IMG/VR virus record: IMGVR_UViG_3300012347_000088
Location: 1-40,583 of that record
Reading direction: 5' to 3' (one strand)
From: a virus
Lineage: Duplodnaviria > Caudoviricetes
Length of the DNA: 40,583 nt
The position numbers and the translations under genes were made by a program. The notes beneath the pieces are model-generated. The model searched no databases. It was given only the letters and a program-made list of their open reading frames with translations, and was not told where the DNA came from. Positions 1 through 9,434 of this stretch are shown piece after piece. The first letter of the stretch is position 1, and each line of letters opens with the position of its first letter.

Positions 1-3
1 TTT

Positions 4-54
4 TAAGGTTATAACCTTACGTTACTGTATCTACTTTAAGGCTATAGCCTTAAA
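4..54. repeat. Two related perfect palindromes (TAAGGTTATAACCTTA 4-19; TTTAAGGCTATAGCCTTAAA 35-54)
   Basis: Read directly; the shared 16-bp cores start 33 bp apart at the 3' end of the helicase gene. Confidence 0.8.
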
Positions 55-1263
55 ATGCGATAACGTAAAGTTCTTTTTGTTAAGTACTTGTTTATATATG
101 TGCTGTTCTAGTCCGCCACGTGCGAATATCCAGTACACCTTATTGAACTTTCGGTCCATAGTGGTCATTCTATCACGCGCCTGCCAGTAACTGGTAGCAG
201 AGAAGTCAATATTATAGAACACTAGATACTCAGCGTTTCTAAGACTAATACCTTCACGTCCTGATACGATCTGTAACGCAATGCATTTTCTAGAGTTATT
301 AAATTCTTCCACGTCTGTAGTTAAGTTATCCTTAAATACTTCTTTTAGAACATTTAACTCTTCCTTAAATTTATAGAATATACCGATCTTACTACCCGAA
401 AACTTAGACCAAATAAACTTTGCCTTAGTAGAATCTATAATCATAGAGTTACCAGATTCAAACTTTACCGTTCCAGAATACATTTGGTGTAACTTCTGCT
501 GTAATTTAACGGGTGTGTCAGCCAATATTACTTCTTCCTTTCCTTCGAGTACTAAATCCTTTTTTAGTCTATTACACATGCTGTATGTTATCGGTAGCAT
601 GTCTACGTAAAGGATCTCCTCTTCGATTTTAGATTCAAATCCAGCCTCTTCCTGCGTAAATGTGAGCACGTAGTTTTTTATCACACTCATCACTTTTTCT
701 CTATCAGCATCCGAGTAGTCATTAACCTCATGCGATCCTAGATATTTTTTCTTAATCTTTACAAAGTCGTTAGCCCACTTATAGAAGTTAGTGTACTTCC
801 TGAATGGTGAGTGATTAGACACCCAGAACTGATGATAGATCTGACTGTAACTCTCTGGACTCATTGTACCGCTTAGGAATATCATTGGCAGACTAGCAAA
901 CATCTTCTTGAATGTCTTGGCTCCAACTCCAGGCTTAGGAAATGATCCAAACCTATGACTCTCGTCATGAACTACTAGATCGTACTTGTCTATTAGTTTA
1001 TGCATAGACTCGTCGTTCATTACCTCTAAGGCGAAGTGTTGTGTGTAGTTGAATTCGTTGTAGTCTCCAATGATAGAGCTTATCGCTTTCTTCTTGGTAA
1101 GAAACAGTACGTTACTAGCTCCAAATAACCTAGCTGTTTCAAGAGCCATAAGTGTTTTACCACAACGTACCTGAGCTGCAATATAAACAATTTTGTTTAC
1201 TTTTAATACTTCAACGGCTTTGTTGGCTATGTCTACCTGATAGTCTCTAAGCTTTTTTTCCAT
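31..1263 (-). CDS. Superfamily 2 (DEAD/SNF2-like) helicase
   Basis: LRDYQ Q-motif, Walker A-like VRCGKT, DESH motif II, SGT motif III, GREGISL and QARDR motifs. Confidence 0.88.
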   Translation of the reverse strand: MEKKLRDYQVDIANKAVEVLKVNKIVYIAAQVRCGKTLMALETARLFGASNVLFLTKKKAISSIIGDYNEFNYTQHFALEVMNDESMHKLIDKYDLVVHDESHRFGSFPKPGVGAKTFKKMFASLPMIFLSGTMSPESYSQIYHQFWVSNHSPFRKYTNFYKWANDFVKIKKKYLGSHEVNDYSDADREKVMSVIKNYVLTFTQEEAGFESKIEEEILYVDMLPITYSMCNRLKKDLVLEGKEEVILADTPVKLQQKLHQMYSGTVKFESGNSMIIDSTKAKFIWSKFSGSKIGIFYKFKEELNVLKEVFKDNLTTDVEEFNNSRKCIALQIVSGREGISLRNAEYLVFYNIDFSATSYWQARDRMTTMDRKFNKVYWIFARGGLEQHIYKQVLNKKNFTLSHFKAIALK

Positions 1264-1621
1264 AAACTTCTTTGTATTTATAAGCTAAGTTGTTGTTACA
1301 AAACTCAATCTCTTCTGGTGCTAATGTCTTATAGAATATAGTACGCCCGCCTGTAAACTTCTTAGCCTTAATGCATGATTTTTCATTTAAATAATTCCTA
1401 AAAGACTTCTTACATTCACGCAAGTAGAAAGGAAACAACGGTAGTCCATCGTACCTCTGATCAACCGACTTAATGTTACCGAACTGCCAAGATAATTCAT
1501 CAACATGAATCTCGTCCTTGATCGATACCTTGTCGATCTTTAATAGCTCTTGAAACTTTGTCTTAATATCTGCGGATGGTTTATTAAGCACAAACGCAAC
1601 CTCTCTGTAATTTAGATGCAT
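1247..1621 (-). CDS. Hypothetical protein
   Basis: 124-aa ORF overlapping the helicase start in a tight operon. Confidence 0.7.
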   Translation of the reverse strand: MHLNYREVAFVLNKPSADIKTKFQELLKIDKVSIKDEIHVDELSWQFGNIKSVDQRYDGLPLFPFYLRECKKSFRNYLNEKSCIKAKKFTGGRTIFYKTLAPEEIEFCNNNLAYKYKEVYGKKA

Positions 1622-1623
1622 GG

Positions 1624-1950
1624 TTATAGTAATTGATTTAAAAATATTACCTTATTTTTTCTAGCCTTTTCAATATTAGACATTACGTGGTTTACTATGT
1701 CAGACATGAGTAATAGATCTGGTTCGTCTAGTTCTGCTATCTGACTAATCAACCTGTGCCTAGCGTTCATTAGATTAGTAGCCATCTGCGGATCGTTAGC
1801 GTACATTGTGTTGTAGTTATGCACGACATCCTTTTCTATTTCGTTCTTGAGCAGGTTAGTAAAGTTTTTAGCCTTACCCCTTAGCTTCATCTCGTCCATT
1901 AGCTCCAGTGCTAGCTGTAGCGTTAATGATAATTCAATTCCTGTTTTCAT
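1624..1950 (-). CDS. Hypothetical protein
   Basis: 108-aa ORF, operon packing. Confidence 0.7.
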   Translation of the reverse strand: MKTGIELSLTLQLALELMDEMKLRGKAKNFTNLLKNEIEKDVVHNYNTMYANDPQMATNLMNARHRLISQIAELDEPDLLLMSDIVNHVMSNIEKARKNKVIFLNQLL

Positions 1951-2125
1951 CTTTATACTGAATTAAAAATCCTATTAGTACTATTATGTTCATTCCAAAA
2001 GAAGCAATGATCTCGTGAAGGTCCTCGTAAACATTGGTTGATAAGTGCACGTGACCTACTACCCAGAACGGTATAGCTAGGTTACTAGCTATCCATACTA
2101 TGGTATACTTAAGAAACTTCTTCAT
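1934..2125 (-). CDS. Small membrane protein
   Basis: Two hydrophobic segments; overlaps neighbours. Confidence 0.6.
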   Translation of the reverse strand: MKKFLKYTIVWIASNLAIPFWVVGHVHLSTNVYEDLHEIIASFGMNIIVLIGFLIQYKDENRN

Positions 2126-2291
2126 TAAATTCTTGAGCTAGTTCTACTATAGCTTCTTTGATTGTGTCTCTATGAAATCCTGCTTGAATTAACAATCCAG
2201 TCATAATATCGATATACTCATTGATATCTAAGTCGTCCCCTTCAGTCTCTACTGAATATTTTTTTCTGTAACTTTCTAGTGTTAGTTTCAT
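2109..2291 (-). CDS. Hypothetical protein
   Basis: 60 aa, ATGA overlap with upstream gene. Confidence 0.65.
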   Translation of the reverse strand: MKLTLESYRKKYSVETEGDDLDINEYIDIMTGLLIQAGFHRDTIKEAIVELAQEFNEEVS

Positions 2292-2524
2292 AGTTTTTTA
2301 TTTAAAAATTTAGTTATAAAATCAGTATTTATTTTTGGGTATTTAATTTTGATAGACTCAATTAATTCACTTACCAAAAACATAAAGGCAAATGGAGGTA
2401 GAATTATAGCAAGTAAACAGTCAATTAAAAACTCTTTAACGGTATGATGATATTTTTTAGCGTTAAAATAACAAACCGAAATAGTAATTATAGTAATTAC
2501 TAAATATAATAGTATCCAAATCAT
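2288..2524 (-). CDS. Small membrane protein
   Basis: Two hydrophobic segments; ATGA overlaps. Confidence 0.6.
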   Translation of the reverse strand: MIWILLYLVITIITISVCYFNAKKYHHTVKEFLIDCLLAIILPPFAFMFLVSELIESIKIKYPKINTDFITKFLNKKL

Positions 2525-2796
2525 AATCCTTTTTCTTTTTTAAATATTTCTGATGATTCTTTAACTCTTTCTTTTAAAGCATAGTAATGCAATTTTGAAC
2601 CATAGTGTGACAGAAATCTATAAAAATCTCCCATTACGGTTTTTTCGGTGCAATTATAATCCATACTTCCAAATATAGCCTCACATTGTATTATTTTATC
2701 ATCAATAAGTTTTACATTGTATCCATTTAAAGTTAACTCTTCACATACAGATTCTCTATGGTCGATAAATTGCTGCTTTAATTCTTTTAATGTCAT
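2521..2796 (-). CDS. Hypothetical protein (MTLKE...EIFKKEKGL)
   Basis: Start placed at the ATGA overlap; termini resemble the next ORF. Confidence 0.65.
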   Translation of the reverse strand: MTLKELKQQFIDHRESVCEELTLNGYNVKLIDDKIIQCEAIFGSMDYNCTEKTVMGDFYRFLSHYGSKLHYYALKERVKESSEIFKKEKGL

Positions 2797-2996
2797 AAAC
2801 ATTTTTCTTTTTTAAATATTTCTAATAGTTGTTTTAACCCATCTGTATGATTATCGTCTTCGTATTCAAATTCCAAATCTGGGTTACTCATTAACCACAC
2901 TGCAAAATCAATAGCGTAATCATCTGCTATTTGTTCTAATTGATTTATTGTAAAATCTTTAAAAATTAACTTTTTAAACTTTTCTTTTAGTGTCAT
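2793..2996 (-). CDS. Hypothetical protein (MTLKE...EIFKKEKCL)
   Basis: ATGA overlaps; termini resemble the previous ORF. Confidence 0.65.
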   Translation of the reverse strand: MTLKEKFKKLIFKDFTINQLEQIADDYAIDFAVWLMSNPDLEFEYEDDNHTDGLKQLLEIFKKEKCL

Positions 2997-3250
2997 CTGT
3001 GTCTTTCTTTTAAGTATTTATAAACCTCTGGTATTTTCTCAGTAGCTTTTTCTACTGTCTTATATCTCATAGAACCTAGTACCTCTGAGCTGGTATATTC
3101 GACACCGTTCTCTTCGCGCCAGTCCTTACCGTGAGAGGATATTCCGCCTCGTCTTATGGCGATGCAGAACTGACTATCAATTGGTTTAATGTAAACCTGA
3201 TAGTCGTTCTCAATACACCATTTCGCATCAGAATAAGAGTTGTGGTTCAT
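2993..3250 (-). CDS. Hypothetical protein
   Basis: 85 aa, operon packing after the primase. Confidence 0.65.
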   Translation of the reverse strand: MNHNSYSDAKWCIENDYQVYIKPIDSQFCIAIRRGGISSHGKDWREENGVEYTSSEVLGSMRYKTVEKATEKIPEVYKYLKERHR

Positions 3251-5645
3251 CTTTTGGTTTCTCTGTCTGCGGTTTATCTACGAACTTTATCCATCTTCCG
3301 TTCATGTCTCTACCCTCAATTGGCTGAACTCCAGATATATACACGCCATAAGAGTCTAACCACTTATAAAACATGTTCCTAGAGATAGTCATCTTAGCCT
3401 TTGGAGCAAAGTCTGGATTGTCCTGAATAAAGTCCACGTAAAGATCCTGCTTGTAAATCACAGTGTTTGTCTTTAACTTATCACTATGTGGTTTACCATC
3501 AATAAGTCCACACCAATCAATAAACTCATGGCACGTCTCAGCTGATAACTTTCTGATCTTCAAGTTAACGAACGTGCTCTTGATTAGTCCAGTGTTTAGG
3601 TAAGCCTGTAAGTTATTGATCATGTAGTTGTCAAACCTACACCACTCATCCTCGTCCCACTCGCTAAATAATAATCTACCAAACTCAACCTGTGGTGTAA
3701 ACTCCTTGGTATAGAACTGCTTAAACTCTAGCTCCCATTTACGCCTCTCGAACGAGTTACCTTTACCCTTGATCGCATAGTTGGTTGTAATGATAATCTT
3801 CGGTGACTTATCAAATGGTATCTTGATTGCATCCTTGTTCTTCTTCTCAATTGTAATACCTTCAGTAATAACCGAGAACAATCGCTCAAAGTCGAAGTGC
3901 TTCTTAACGTCATCAAACGATAATACCTGTGTATCAACTGACATGGTCTGATACGGGAATGAACTATCAAAGTTAAAGCGCTTACCATCGATCGACGCGG
4001 TGTTCTTCATCTTGGACACGGCATTAACAAACAATCCCTTACCTGTACCACCCTCTGGATTGTCAGTAATCACCTCGTCATTCAATATAACAGCTGGGCA
4101 GTAAGAGAAGTTCTTGTATCCGTGTAATAAGAATCCGATTGTACTCTCCATCGACTTGATTCTACTCTCGTCACCTCCAGATATGTTAGAGATAAATACC
4201 TTATAATCACAGTCTGTAACCTCGCATATGTCAAAGTCCCTATCGATCACCTGATCGCTCCATACGTATCCGCCAAGATCTAGGTAGTCAATAATGTTTA
4301 CCTTGTCCTTAGTGATATTAACGGCGCAGTTCCTGTAGTACAGGTATGCGTTGTCCTTATCGTCCTCCATGAATGACACGTCAACCGATGTCAGTAGTGA
4401 CAAGAAGTCATCCTTAAAGAATCTGGTCTTATCAGCAAAGTAGTTATAGATCGACAAGTCGTCAAGTCCTTCTAGGTAAGTCAATACAAAGTCCTTGATC
4501 TCATCGTCAGATGTGTGGTTGATGAGGTTGTTGGTTACTCGTACAAATATAGAACTCTTACTCCCTGACGGTGTGAACTTATAAAACCCGTTGTCCTCTA
4601 AGAACTCCTTAAATAGGTAGTGAACTATACTGATTGATCCCTTGTCTGATTTAGTCCAGAACTTCTTAGCCGACTCGTCCTGATCTATAGTGCTAATCAC
4701 TGTGTCGATCGTGTTCTCATCTAGCGCAGTAGTCATAAGCTCTGACTTGATGTCCTTCTTGGACACTCCTCTCTTGATCTTTTGTCTAACCTGAGCCAGT
4801 TTATCATCGTCCTCATAGAACTTTGTTCCGTGCTTGCTCGTATTCCTGTACGCAGAATTAATAGCTGTACTGATCTCTGACATAGGAAAGTCACTAGACT
4901 GGAACTGACTCATGACATACTCAGCCAATGACTTAGATATACCGTACTCATTGAATGCAGATGCCAGTATAAACACGTTATTGTTACGCTCTCCGTCTAC
5001 TAGTCCGTATCTTTTTGTCCACCACTTCATAAGGATCTCAACGATCTTGTTCTCGTTTGTGATCGGTATAGTTGGTTGTGAGTTAAACTTTTCCTTCTCA
5101 ACATACTCATGCTCAGCTACTTCTGTCCATTCTTCTGAATCCTCGTTGATGTATATCGCTGGATCGTATGACTCGTAGCACACGCGTGATATGTTTTTTG
5201 ATGTCTTATCAAACTGAGGAGAATCGAAGTGCTTCTCTAATGCGTTAAAGTAATTCTTGTGATTTTCTGGATCCTTTGGTATCTTAACAAGTACCTTTAG
5301 TCCGTCTCCAGATGGTGATATAAATACAGAGTAGACATAGTTGTCTGTAGATAATATATCCTTCTCTTTCTTCATGTCCTTAGCCGTAGCATACCCATCA
5401 AAGTCTAGGCATATATATCCACTGTGTTCTACTAGCGCAGTGTCGAGTCTTTTATTAAATGTACCCGAGAAGCATATCGCTGGTAGTGACTGCTTCATAA
5501 TATTTCTGAGCGACTTGTCCTTTTCTTTTCGAATCTTTTCTACTAGCTCCTTAGAGTGACCATCTCTGGTGCGTTCTAGTATCTTTTCGATTGGTCGAAA
5601 GAATGGCGTCTCAGTTTGTTTTATATTAGCAAATATTGTTACCAT
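3228..5645 (-). CDS. Primase-helicase (BT4734/VirE-like N-terminus, PriCT domain, SF3-type NTPase)
   Basis: HSGYICLDFD, FISPSGDGLK, SRVCYESYDP; GERNN (PriCT); GGTGKG Walker A, FDD Walker B, ITTN motif C. Confidence 0.88.
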   Translation of the reverse strand: MVTIFANIKQTETPFFRPIEKILERTRDGHSKELVEKIRKEKDKSLRNIMKQSLPAICFSGTFNKRLDTALVEHSGYICLDFDGYATAKDMKKEKDILSTDNYVYSVFISPSGDGLKVLVKIPKDPENHKNYFNALEKHFDSPQFDKTSKNISRVCYESYDPAIYINEDSEEWTEVAEHEYVEKEKFNSQPTIPITNENKIVEILMKWWTKRYGLVDGERNNNVFILASAFNEYGISKSLAEYVMSQFQSSDFPMSEISTAINSAYRNTSKHGTKFYEDDDKLAQVRQKIKRGVSKKDIKSELMTTALDENTIDTVISTIDQDESAKKFWTKSDKGSISIVHYLFKEFLEDNGFYKFTPSGSKSSIFVRVTNNLINHTSDDEIKDFVLTYLEGLDDLSIYNYFADKTRFFKDDFLSLLTSVDVSFMEDDKDNAYLYYRNCAVNITKDKVNIIDYLDLGGYVWSDQVIDRDFDICEVTDCDYKVFISNISGGDESRIKSMESTIGFLLHGYKNFSYCPAVILNDEVITDNPEGGTGKGLFVNAVSKMKNTASIDGKRFNFDSSFPYQTMSVDTQVLSFDDVKKHFDFERLFSVITEGITIEKKNKDAIKIPFDKSPKIIITTNYAIKGKGNSFERRKWELEFKQFYTKEFTPQVEFGRLLFSEWDEDEWCRFDNYMINNLQAYLNTGLIKSTFVNLKIRKLSAETCHEFIDWCGLIDGKPHSDKLKTNTVIYKQDLYVDFIQDNPDFAPKAKMTISRNMFYKWLDSYGVYISGVQPIEGRDMNGRWIKFVDKPQTEKPKDEPQLLF

Positions 5646-5662
5646 TGATTAAAATTTAAATT

Positions 5663-5688
5663 AAAAAGGCCCCGAAACACTCGAGGCC
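5663..5688 (-). terminator. Intrinsic terminator-like hairpin upstream of the primase
   Basis: GGCCTCGA-GTGTT-TCGGGGCC followed by TTTTT on the minus strand. Confidence 0.65.
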
Positions 5689-5709
5689 TGATGAGTGTGA
5701 TACGTCTAA

Positions 5710-6000
5710 TTAAGGGATGTCGTTTGTCGCTTCCTTCTTAATATTCCATCCTTGGATACTGTTGAAGTACTTAACCTCTCCTTGTGGGTTAGTCCACTCT
5801 CTACCGCGTAAGTTAATGCCAACCTCTACGTCATCTCCAACATTATACTTATCTAGTATCGCGCACTTGTCCTGATTGAACTCGATGCTGATGTGTTGTG
5901 GATACTGCTCGTCAGTTGATACTACGATTTCTCTTTTTGAAAACTTTTCAGATACTTGTTGTGTTGATCCGATGAACTTGATTTTTCCTTTTACTTCCAT
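5710..6000 (-). CDS. DUF3127 family protein (putative ssDNA-binding)
   Basis: MEVKGKI...QYPQHISIEF...INLRGREW...YFNSIQGWNI. Confidence 0.88.
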   Translation of the reverse strand: MEVKGKIKFIGSTQQVSEKFSKREIVVSTDEQYPQHISIEFNQDKCAILDKYNVGDDVEVGINLRGREWTNPQGEVKYFNSIQGWNIKKEATNDIP

Positions 6001-6011
6001 GTTTATTTAAT

Positions 6012-6545
6012 TTAATTATTGATTACGTATGATTTGTTTTTTAATATTTTACTCATAGCTGCCTCGCTAATTTTATAGCGGTTTGCTAGTTCTTTATTTG
6101 TTCTGCCTTTAGAATGTAAAAGCCTTATTTTAGCGACTTCATTATTTGAAAATTTAGACATGTGATGATCTTCTCCGAAATTCACTTTTATTAAATTATT
6201 TTTATAAGCGTGAATTATATTTTCTGAATTAGTGCACCACTCAAGATTTTCAACTCTATTATCTTCTTTATTACCATTAATATGATTAACGTATGGTTTG
6301 TTATTTGGATTTGGTATAAAAGATTTAGCTACTAACCTATGTATTCCAGTGGTAAATTTAACCTTATTTAAACTAAGACTGACCCTAATATATCCTTTCT
6401 TATCTCTTTGTGGCTTTATTATTCTACCTTTTTTAAAACGAATACCTATTGCAGAATTATAATAATGATCTACGCTTTTAACATTTCCAATGTTAGACAC
6501 ATAATATACATTATTAAATCCTTCTACTAATTTCCAAGTTTCCAT
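6012..6545 (-). CDS. NUMOD4-HNH homing endonuclease
   Basis: ETWKLVEG...YYVSNIGNVKS (NUMOD4); HRLVA...VNHINGNKEDNRVENLEW (HNH); C-terminal HTH; start set to METWK. Confidence 0.9.
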   Translation of the reverse strand: METWKLVEGFNNVYYVSNIGNVKSVDHYYNSAIGIRFKKGRIIKPQRDKKGYIRVSLSLNKVKFTTGIHRLVAKSFIPNPNNKPYVNHINGNKEDNRVENLEWCTNSENIIHAYKNNLIKVNFGEDHHMSKFSNNEVAKIRLLHSKGRTNKELANRYKISEAAMSKILKNKSYVINN

Positions 6546-6546
6546 A

Positions 6547-7281
6547 CTACAATTCTTCTTCAATGATATAACTATTTATGTCAGCCCAAGCGTCCTTACC
6601 AAAGAACTTGTTGTACTGATCGATCGCCGAGATTACCTTAACTCGCCCAGACTCTAAGAAGTCGTCGCTACAAGTAAACTCACCTAGCATTCCAGTTGCC
6701 TTGTCTATCACGTAGAACACTAACGGCTTACCAAAGAACTCTTGGTACAGGTATGCCTGACTATCGTAGTTGTACTTCTTGGCGCTGTATCTAAAGTCTG
6801 AGATGCTTGATGTTGTCTTGATGTCGATGATTATCTCGTCAGTCACAATGTCAGCCTTACCCTTCCACATAGCTCCGTAGATCTCCTTAACGTTTGGCAC
6901 CTCGAACTGATTACCAGCCTTGTAGATGTTGTCGTAGAAGTGAAGGTTACCCTTCATCGTGTTGACAAGATTGTTAAGTTCCTCTACCTCAGATCTAAGG
7001 ATTAGAATGTTAGCTCCAGATTCCTTAATCGCATCCTTGTAGATATTTGTGTTACGGCTTGATGCGTCCACGATATTAAAGTTAGGTAACTTCTCTGGCT
7101 CTAGTATAGCAGTGTGAAAGTAGCTACCTTCGATCATCGCCTTAGTGGTTTCGGTATTCTTCTTAAAGTTCTTCGGGTTGTTTAATAAATCCCCGATGTC
7201 TGAGTTAGACAAGAACTGCTTACCGAAATCACCGTAGTAGTCCGCATCGTTCTGTAGTTTTTCAATGATGTTAGTCGACAT
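6547..7281 (-). CDS. PD-(D/E)XK exonuclease (DUF3799/exonuclease VIII-like)
   Basis: LSNSDI, GSYFHTAILEP, KGKAD...IDIKTT, YDSQAYLY. Confidence 0.85.
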   Translation of the reverse strand: MSTNIIEKLQNDADYYGDFGKQFLSNSDIGDLLNNPKNFKKNTETTKAMIEGSYFHTAILEPEKLPNFNIVDASSRNTNIYKDAIKESGANILILRSEVEELNNLVNTMKGNLHFYDNIYKAGNQFEVPNVKEIYGAMWKGKADIVTDEIIIDIKTTSSISDFRYSAKKYNYDSQAYLYQEFFGKPLVFYVIDKATGMLGEFTCSDDFLESGRVKVISAIDQYNKFFGKDAWADINSYIIEEEL

Positions 7282-7795
7282 AATTTCCTAGTTCTTTTTT
7301 AGTAGCAGTAGAGATCGTGTACTTAGACTGCAAGTTGTTAATAATATTAGCTAGACCTAGCTGCTTGTTAGACTTCACATACTCGATAACTCCAGCCCAG
7401 TTAGGTGACTCTGGTGTTAGTTCCGTCTTAGCGTTTACTGGTGCTGATCCCTCTCCTACCGATATGATCCTATTGATCGCTAGTCCCTGAGCCTCTCCGA
7501 TACGTCCCTTGTTAGGCTTAACGCTTAGCTCAATTGTAATGTTCTTCCAAGCATCAACGTTACCTGACTTGACCGCGTTGTGTAGCATCTTACAGTTTCC
7601 TGAGTTCAAAATCATTGGCTTGGTTGGTCGTCCAGATGGTAGCTTAGCTTCCTTGAAGTAGGCTACGTTCTTTAGCTCCTGCTTGGTTAGTTGTACCATC
7701 TTCTGCTCTACCCTGTCAACGGTGAGCTGTACTGGTCCGTCTAGTTCGTATGAACTCATGAACGGACTGTCGAATGCGTCTTTCCAGTTTGTCAT
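7271..7795 (-). CDS. Phage protein, possible recombination partner of the exonuclease
   Basis: 174 aa directly upstream of the exonuclease; function inferred from position only. Confidence 0.6.
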   Translation of the reverse strand: MTNWKDAFDSPFMSSYELDGPVQLTVDRVEQKMVQLTKQELKNVAYFKEAKLPSGRPTKPMILNSGNCKMLHNAVKSGNVDAWKNITIELSVKPNKGRIGEAQGLAINRIISVGEGSAPVNAKTELTPESPNWAGVIEYVKSNKQLGLANIINNLQSKYTISTATKKELGNYVD

Positions 7796-8040
7796 TTTAT
7801 TTTAGATATTATTTGTTTCACTTCCTCTATCTTGGTAATGCAGTCTTTTACGTCTTTACAGTTCTCTGTCTTAAGATCCAGATACTTTCTAAGCGCTTGT
7901 TCCACGCTGAGGTAGTACCACTTGTCTGTGAATATAAAGTCTACCATCTTACCATCCTTCTCTCGCTGTCTTGGTGTAGCGAAGTGCAGTGTTGTACCTA
8001 CACTATCTGATTTGATTGAATACTCTTCGTCTAGTTTCAT
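7792..8040 (-). CDS. Hypothetical protein
   Basis: 82 aa, ATGA overlap. Confidence 0.65.
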   Translation of the reverse strand: MKLDEEYSIKSDSVGTTLHFATPRQREKDGKMVDFIFTDKWYYLSVEQALRKYLDLKTENCKDVKDCITKIEEVKQIISKIK

Positions 8041-8041
8041 G

Positions 8042-8419
8042 CTATTTAAGTTTTAAAATTTCTGTGTACTTGTTCATGATATGCACCCTGTGACTCTTCA
8101 TTGAGTGGTAGTGCTTTTGATTGTTTCGATTGGTCAGTTCCAGCCTGATCTTGGACTGGATGCCATTTAGCGAGTTGTTGTAGTTAAATATACACACGTT
8201 GTACACGCCTACTCTGAATCCTAGATCGTAGAATACTTGGTACTGATCATCGCAAATCTCTGTGTACGAGTCTCCTATGATCTTTGTGTTGTATATCTTA
8301 ATATCTCCGTCCGTGTTTTCTATCTTTATTCCCTTGTAGATGTATGACACCGAGTAGGGAGTAACTAGCTTTGTAGCTAACGGATCTGTACTTGCCTGAT
8401 TAAATACTTCTTCTTTCAT
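8042..8419 (-). CDS. Hypothetical protein
   Basis: 125 aa, preceded by TACATTTG-N4-ATG. Confidence 0.7.
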   Translation of the reverse strand: MKEEVFNQASTDPLATKLVTPYSVSYIYKGIKIENTDGDIKIYNTKIIGDSYTEICDDQYQVFYDLGFRVGVYNVCIFNYNNSLNGIQSKIRLELTNRNNQKHYHSMKSHRVHIMNKYTEILKLK

Positions 8420-8423
8420 TTGG

Positions 8424-8431
8424 CAAATGTA
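8424..8431 (-). promoter_or_regulatory. Bacteroidota -7 promoter element TACATTTG
   Basis: Matches TAnnTTTG, 4 nt before the ATG. Confidence 0.6.
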
Positions 8432-8568
8432 TTACTTCTTGAACTCTTTTACAAGTTTTTCTCCTATTATTTTTAATTTATTTTGACAAAATACATTATC
8501 AGTATTCTCTAGGATTGTTACGACCATCGCCAGATCGATCAGTATGTCTCGTTGCTCTTCTGTCATGA

Positions 8569-8805
8569 TTAAAATAGTCTTTTGATTTGTTGTTTATCCA
8601 TTCCTATCACACTCATCAGTGCGTTGTCCATATCCATGTCGGTACTGAGTATATTGAATAGTACGTGTACTTTCCTGTCTGTCAGTCTCTTACCCTTACT
8701 AAATAGCTTCACTCGTACCAGTGCGTCTTGGAATTGTTCGTGATCTTCTGGGGTAGTCAAGGCGTCGCCTTGATTGTTTACCCATCTTCCGTTAATTACT
8801 TTCAT
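8569..8805 (-). CDS. Hypothetical protein
   Basis: 78 aa, ATGA overlap. Confidence 0.65.
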   Translation of the reverse strand: MKVINGRWVNNQGDALTTPEDHEQFQDALVRVKLFSKGKRLTDRKVHVLFNILSTDMDMDNALMSVIGMDKQQIKRLF

Positions 8806-9113
8806 ATCTTATTTTTTTTAAATTGTTCAAACCATTTCATAGTGATGTAATCATTCTCATCAGTGAATGTATCAACTAATGAGTTTTTCATACCATATAA
8901 TAAATTTAATTGTTCCAAAACTTTTTCCTCACTATACATTTTCTTGTCTGCTTCCCAACTAAATTTAGTAGTTGTTATTATTTCATCAGCTTCTTCAAGT
9001 GTTTCTTGTTCAAGTTTAGAATTGTGCCATCTTAAATTTGATGGTATATCAAGTTCTTGTTCCAAATCAAACATTTCTTTTTCTAAATCTTGTTTAGGTT
9101 CTTGTGTTTTCAT
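8802..9113 (-). CDS. Hypothetical protein, copy 2 (EPKQ / QETLEEA motifs)
   Basis: Identical to 9110..9421. Confidence 0.65.
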   Translation of the reverse strand: MKTQEPKQDLEKEMFDLEQELDIPSNLRWHNSKLEQETLEEADEIITTTKFSWEADKKMYSEEKVLEQLNLLYGMKNSLVDTFTDENDYITMKWFEQFKKNKI

Positions 9114-9421
9114 ATCTTATTTTTTTTAAATTGTTCAAACCATTTCATAGTGATGTAATCATTCTCATCAGTGAATGTATCAACTAATGAGTTTTTCATA
9201 CCATATAATAAATTTAATTGTTCCAAAACTTTTTCCTCACTATACATTTTCTTGTCTGCTTCCCAACTAAATTTAGTAGTTGTTATTATTTCATCAGCTT
9301 CTTCAAGTGTTTCTTGTTCAAGTTTAGAATTGTGCCATCTTAAATTTGATGGTATATCAAGTTCTTGTTCCAAATCAAACATTTCTTTTTCTAAATCTTG
9401 TTTAGGTTCTTGTGTTTTCAT
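9110..9421 (-). CDS. Hypothetical protein, copy 1 (EPKQ / QETLEEA motifs)
   Basis: Identical to 8802..9113. Confidence 0.7.
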   Translation of the reverse strand: MKTQEPKQDLEKEMFDLEQELDIPSNLRWHNSKLEQETLEEADEIITTTKFSWEADKKMYSEEKVLEQLNLLYGMKNSLVDTFTDENDYITMKWFEQFKKNKI

Positions 9422-9434
9422 ATCTTATTTGTTT

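Larger units (their letters stand above)
8800..9430. repeat. Exact 308-bp tandem duplication
   Basis: Position n matches n+308 from 8800 on; yields two identical 103-aa ORFs. Confidence 0.95.

Noticed and set aside
5668-5700. Plus-strand GAAAC and CTGATGAG resembling a fourth hammerhead
   Set aside because: Only 10 nt between GAAA and CTGATGA, too short for stems III and I; antisense to the operon; better explained as a minus-strand terminator
8800-9430. 308-bp repeat as a DGR template/variable pair
   Set aside because: Copies are identical with no adenine-specific differences, and no reverse transcriptase is in the window
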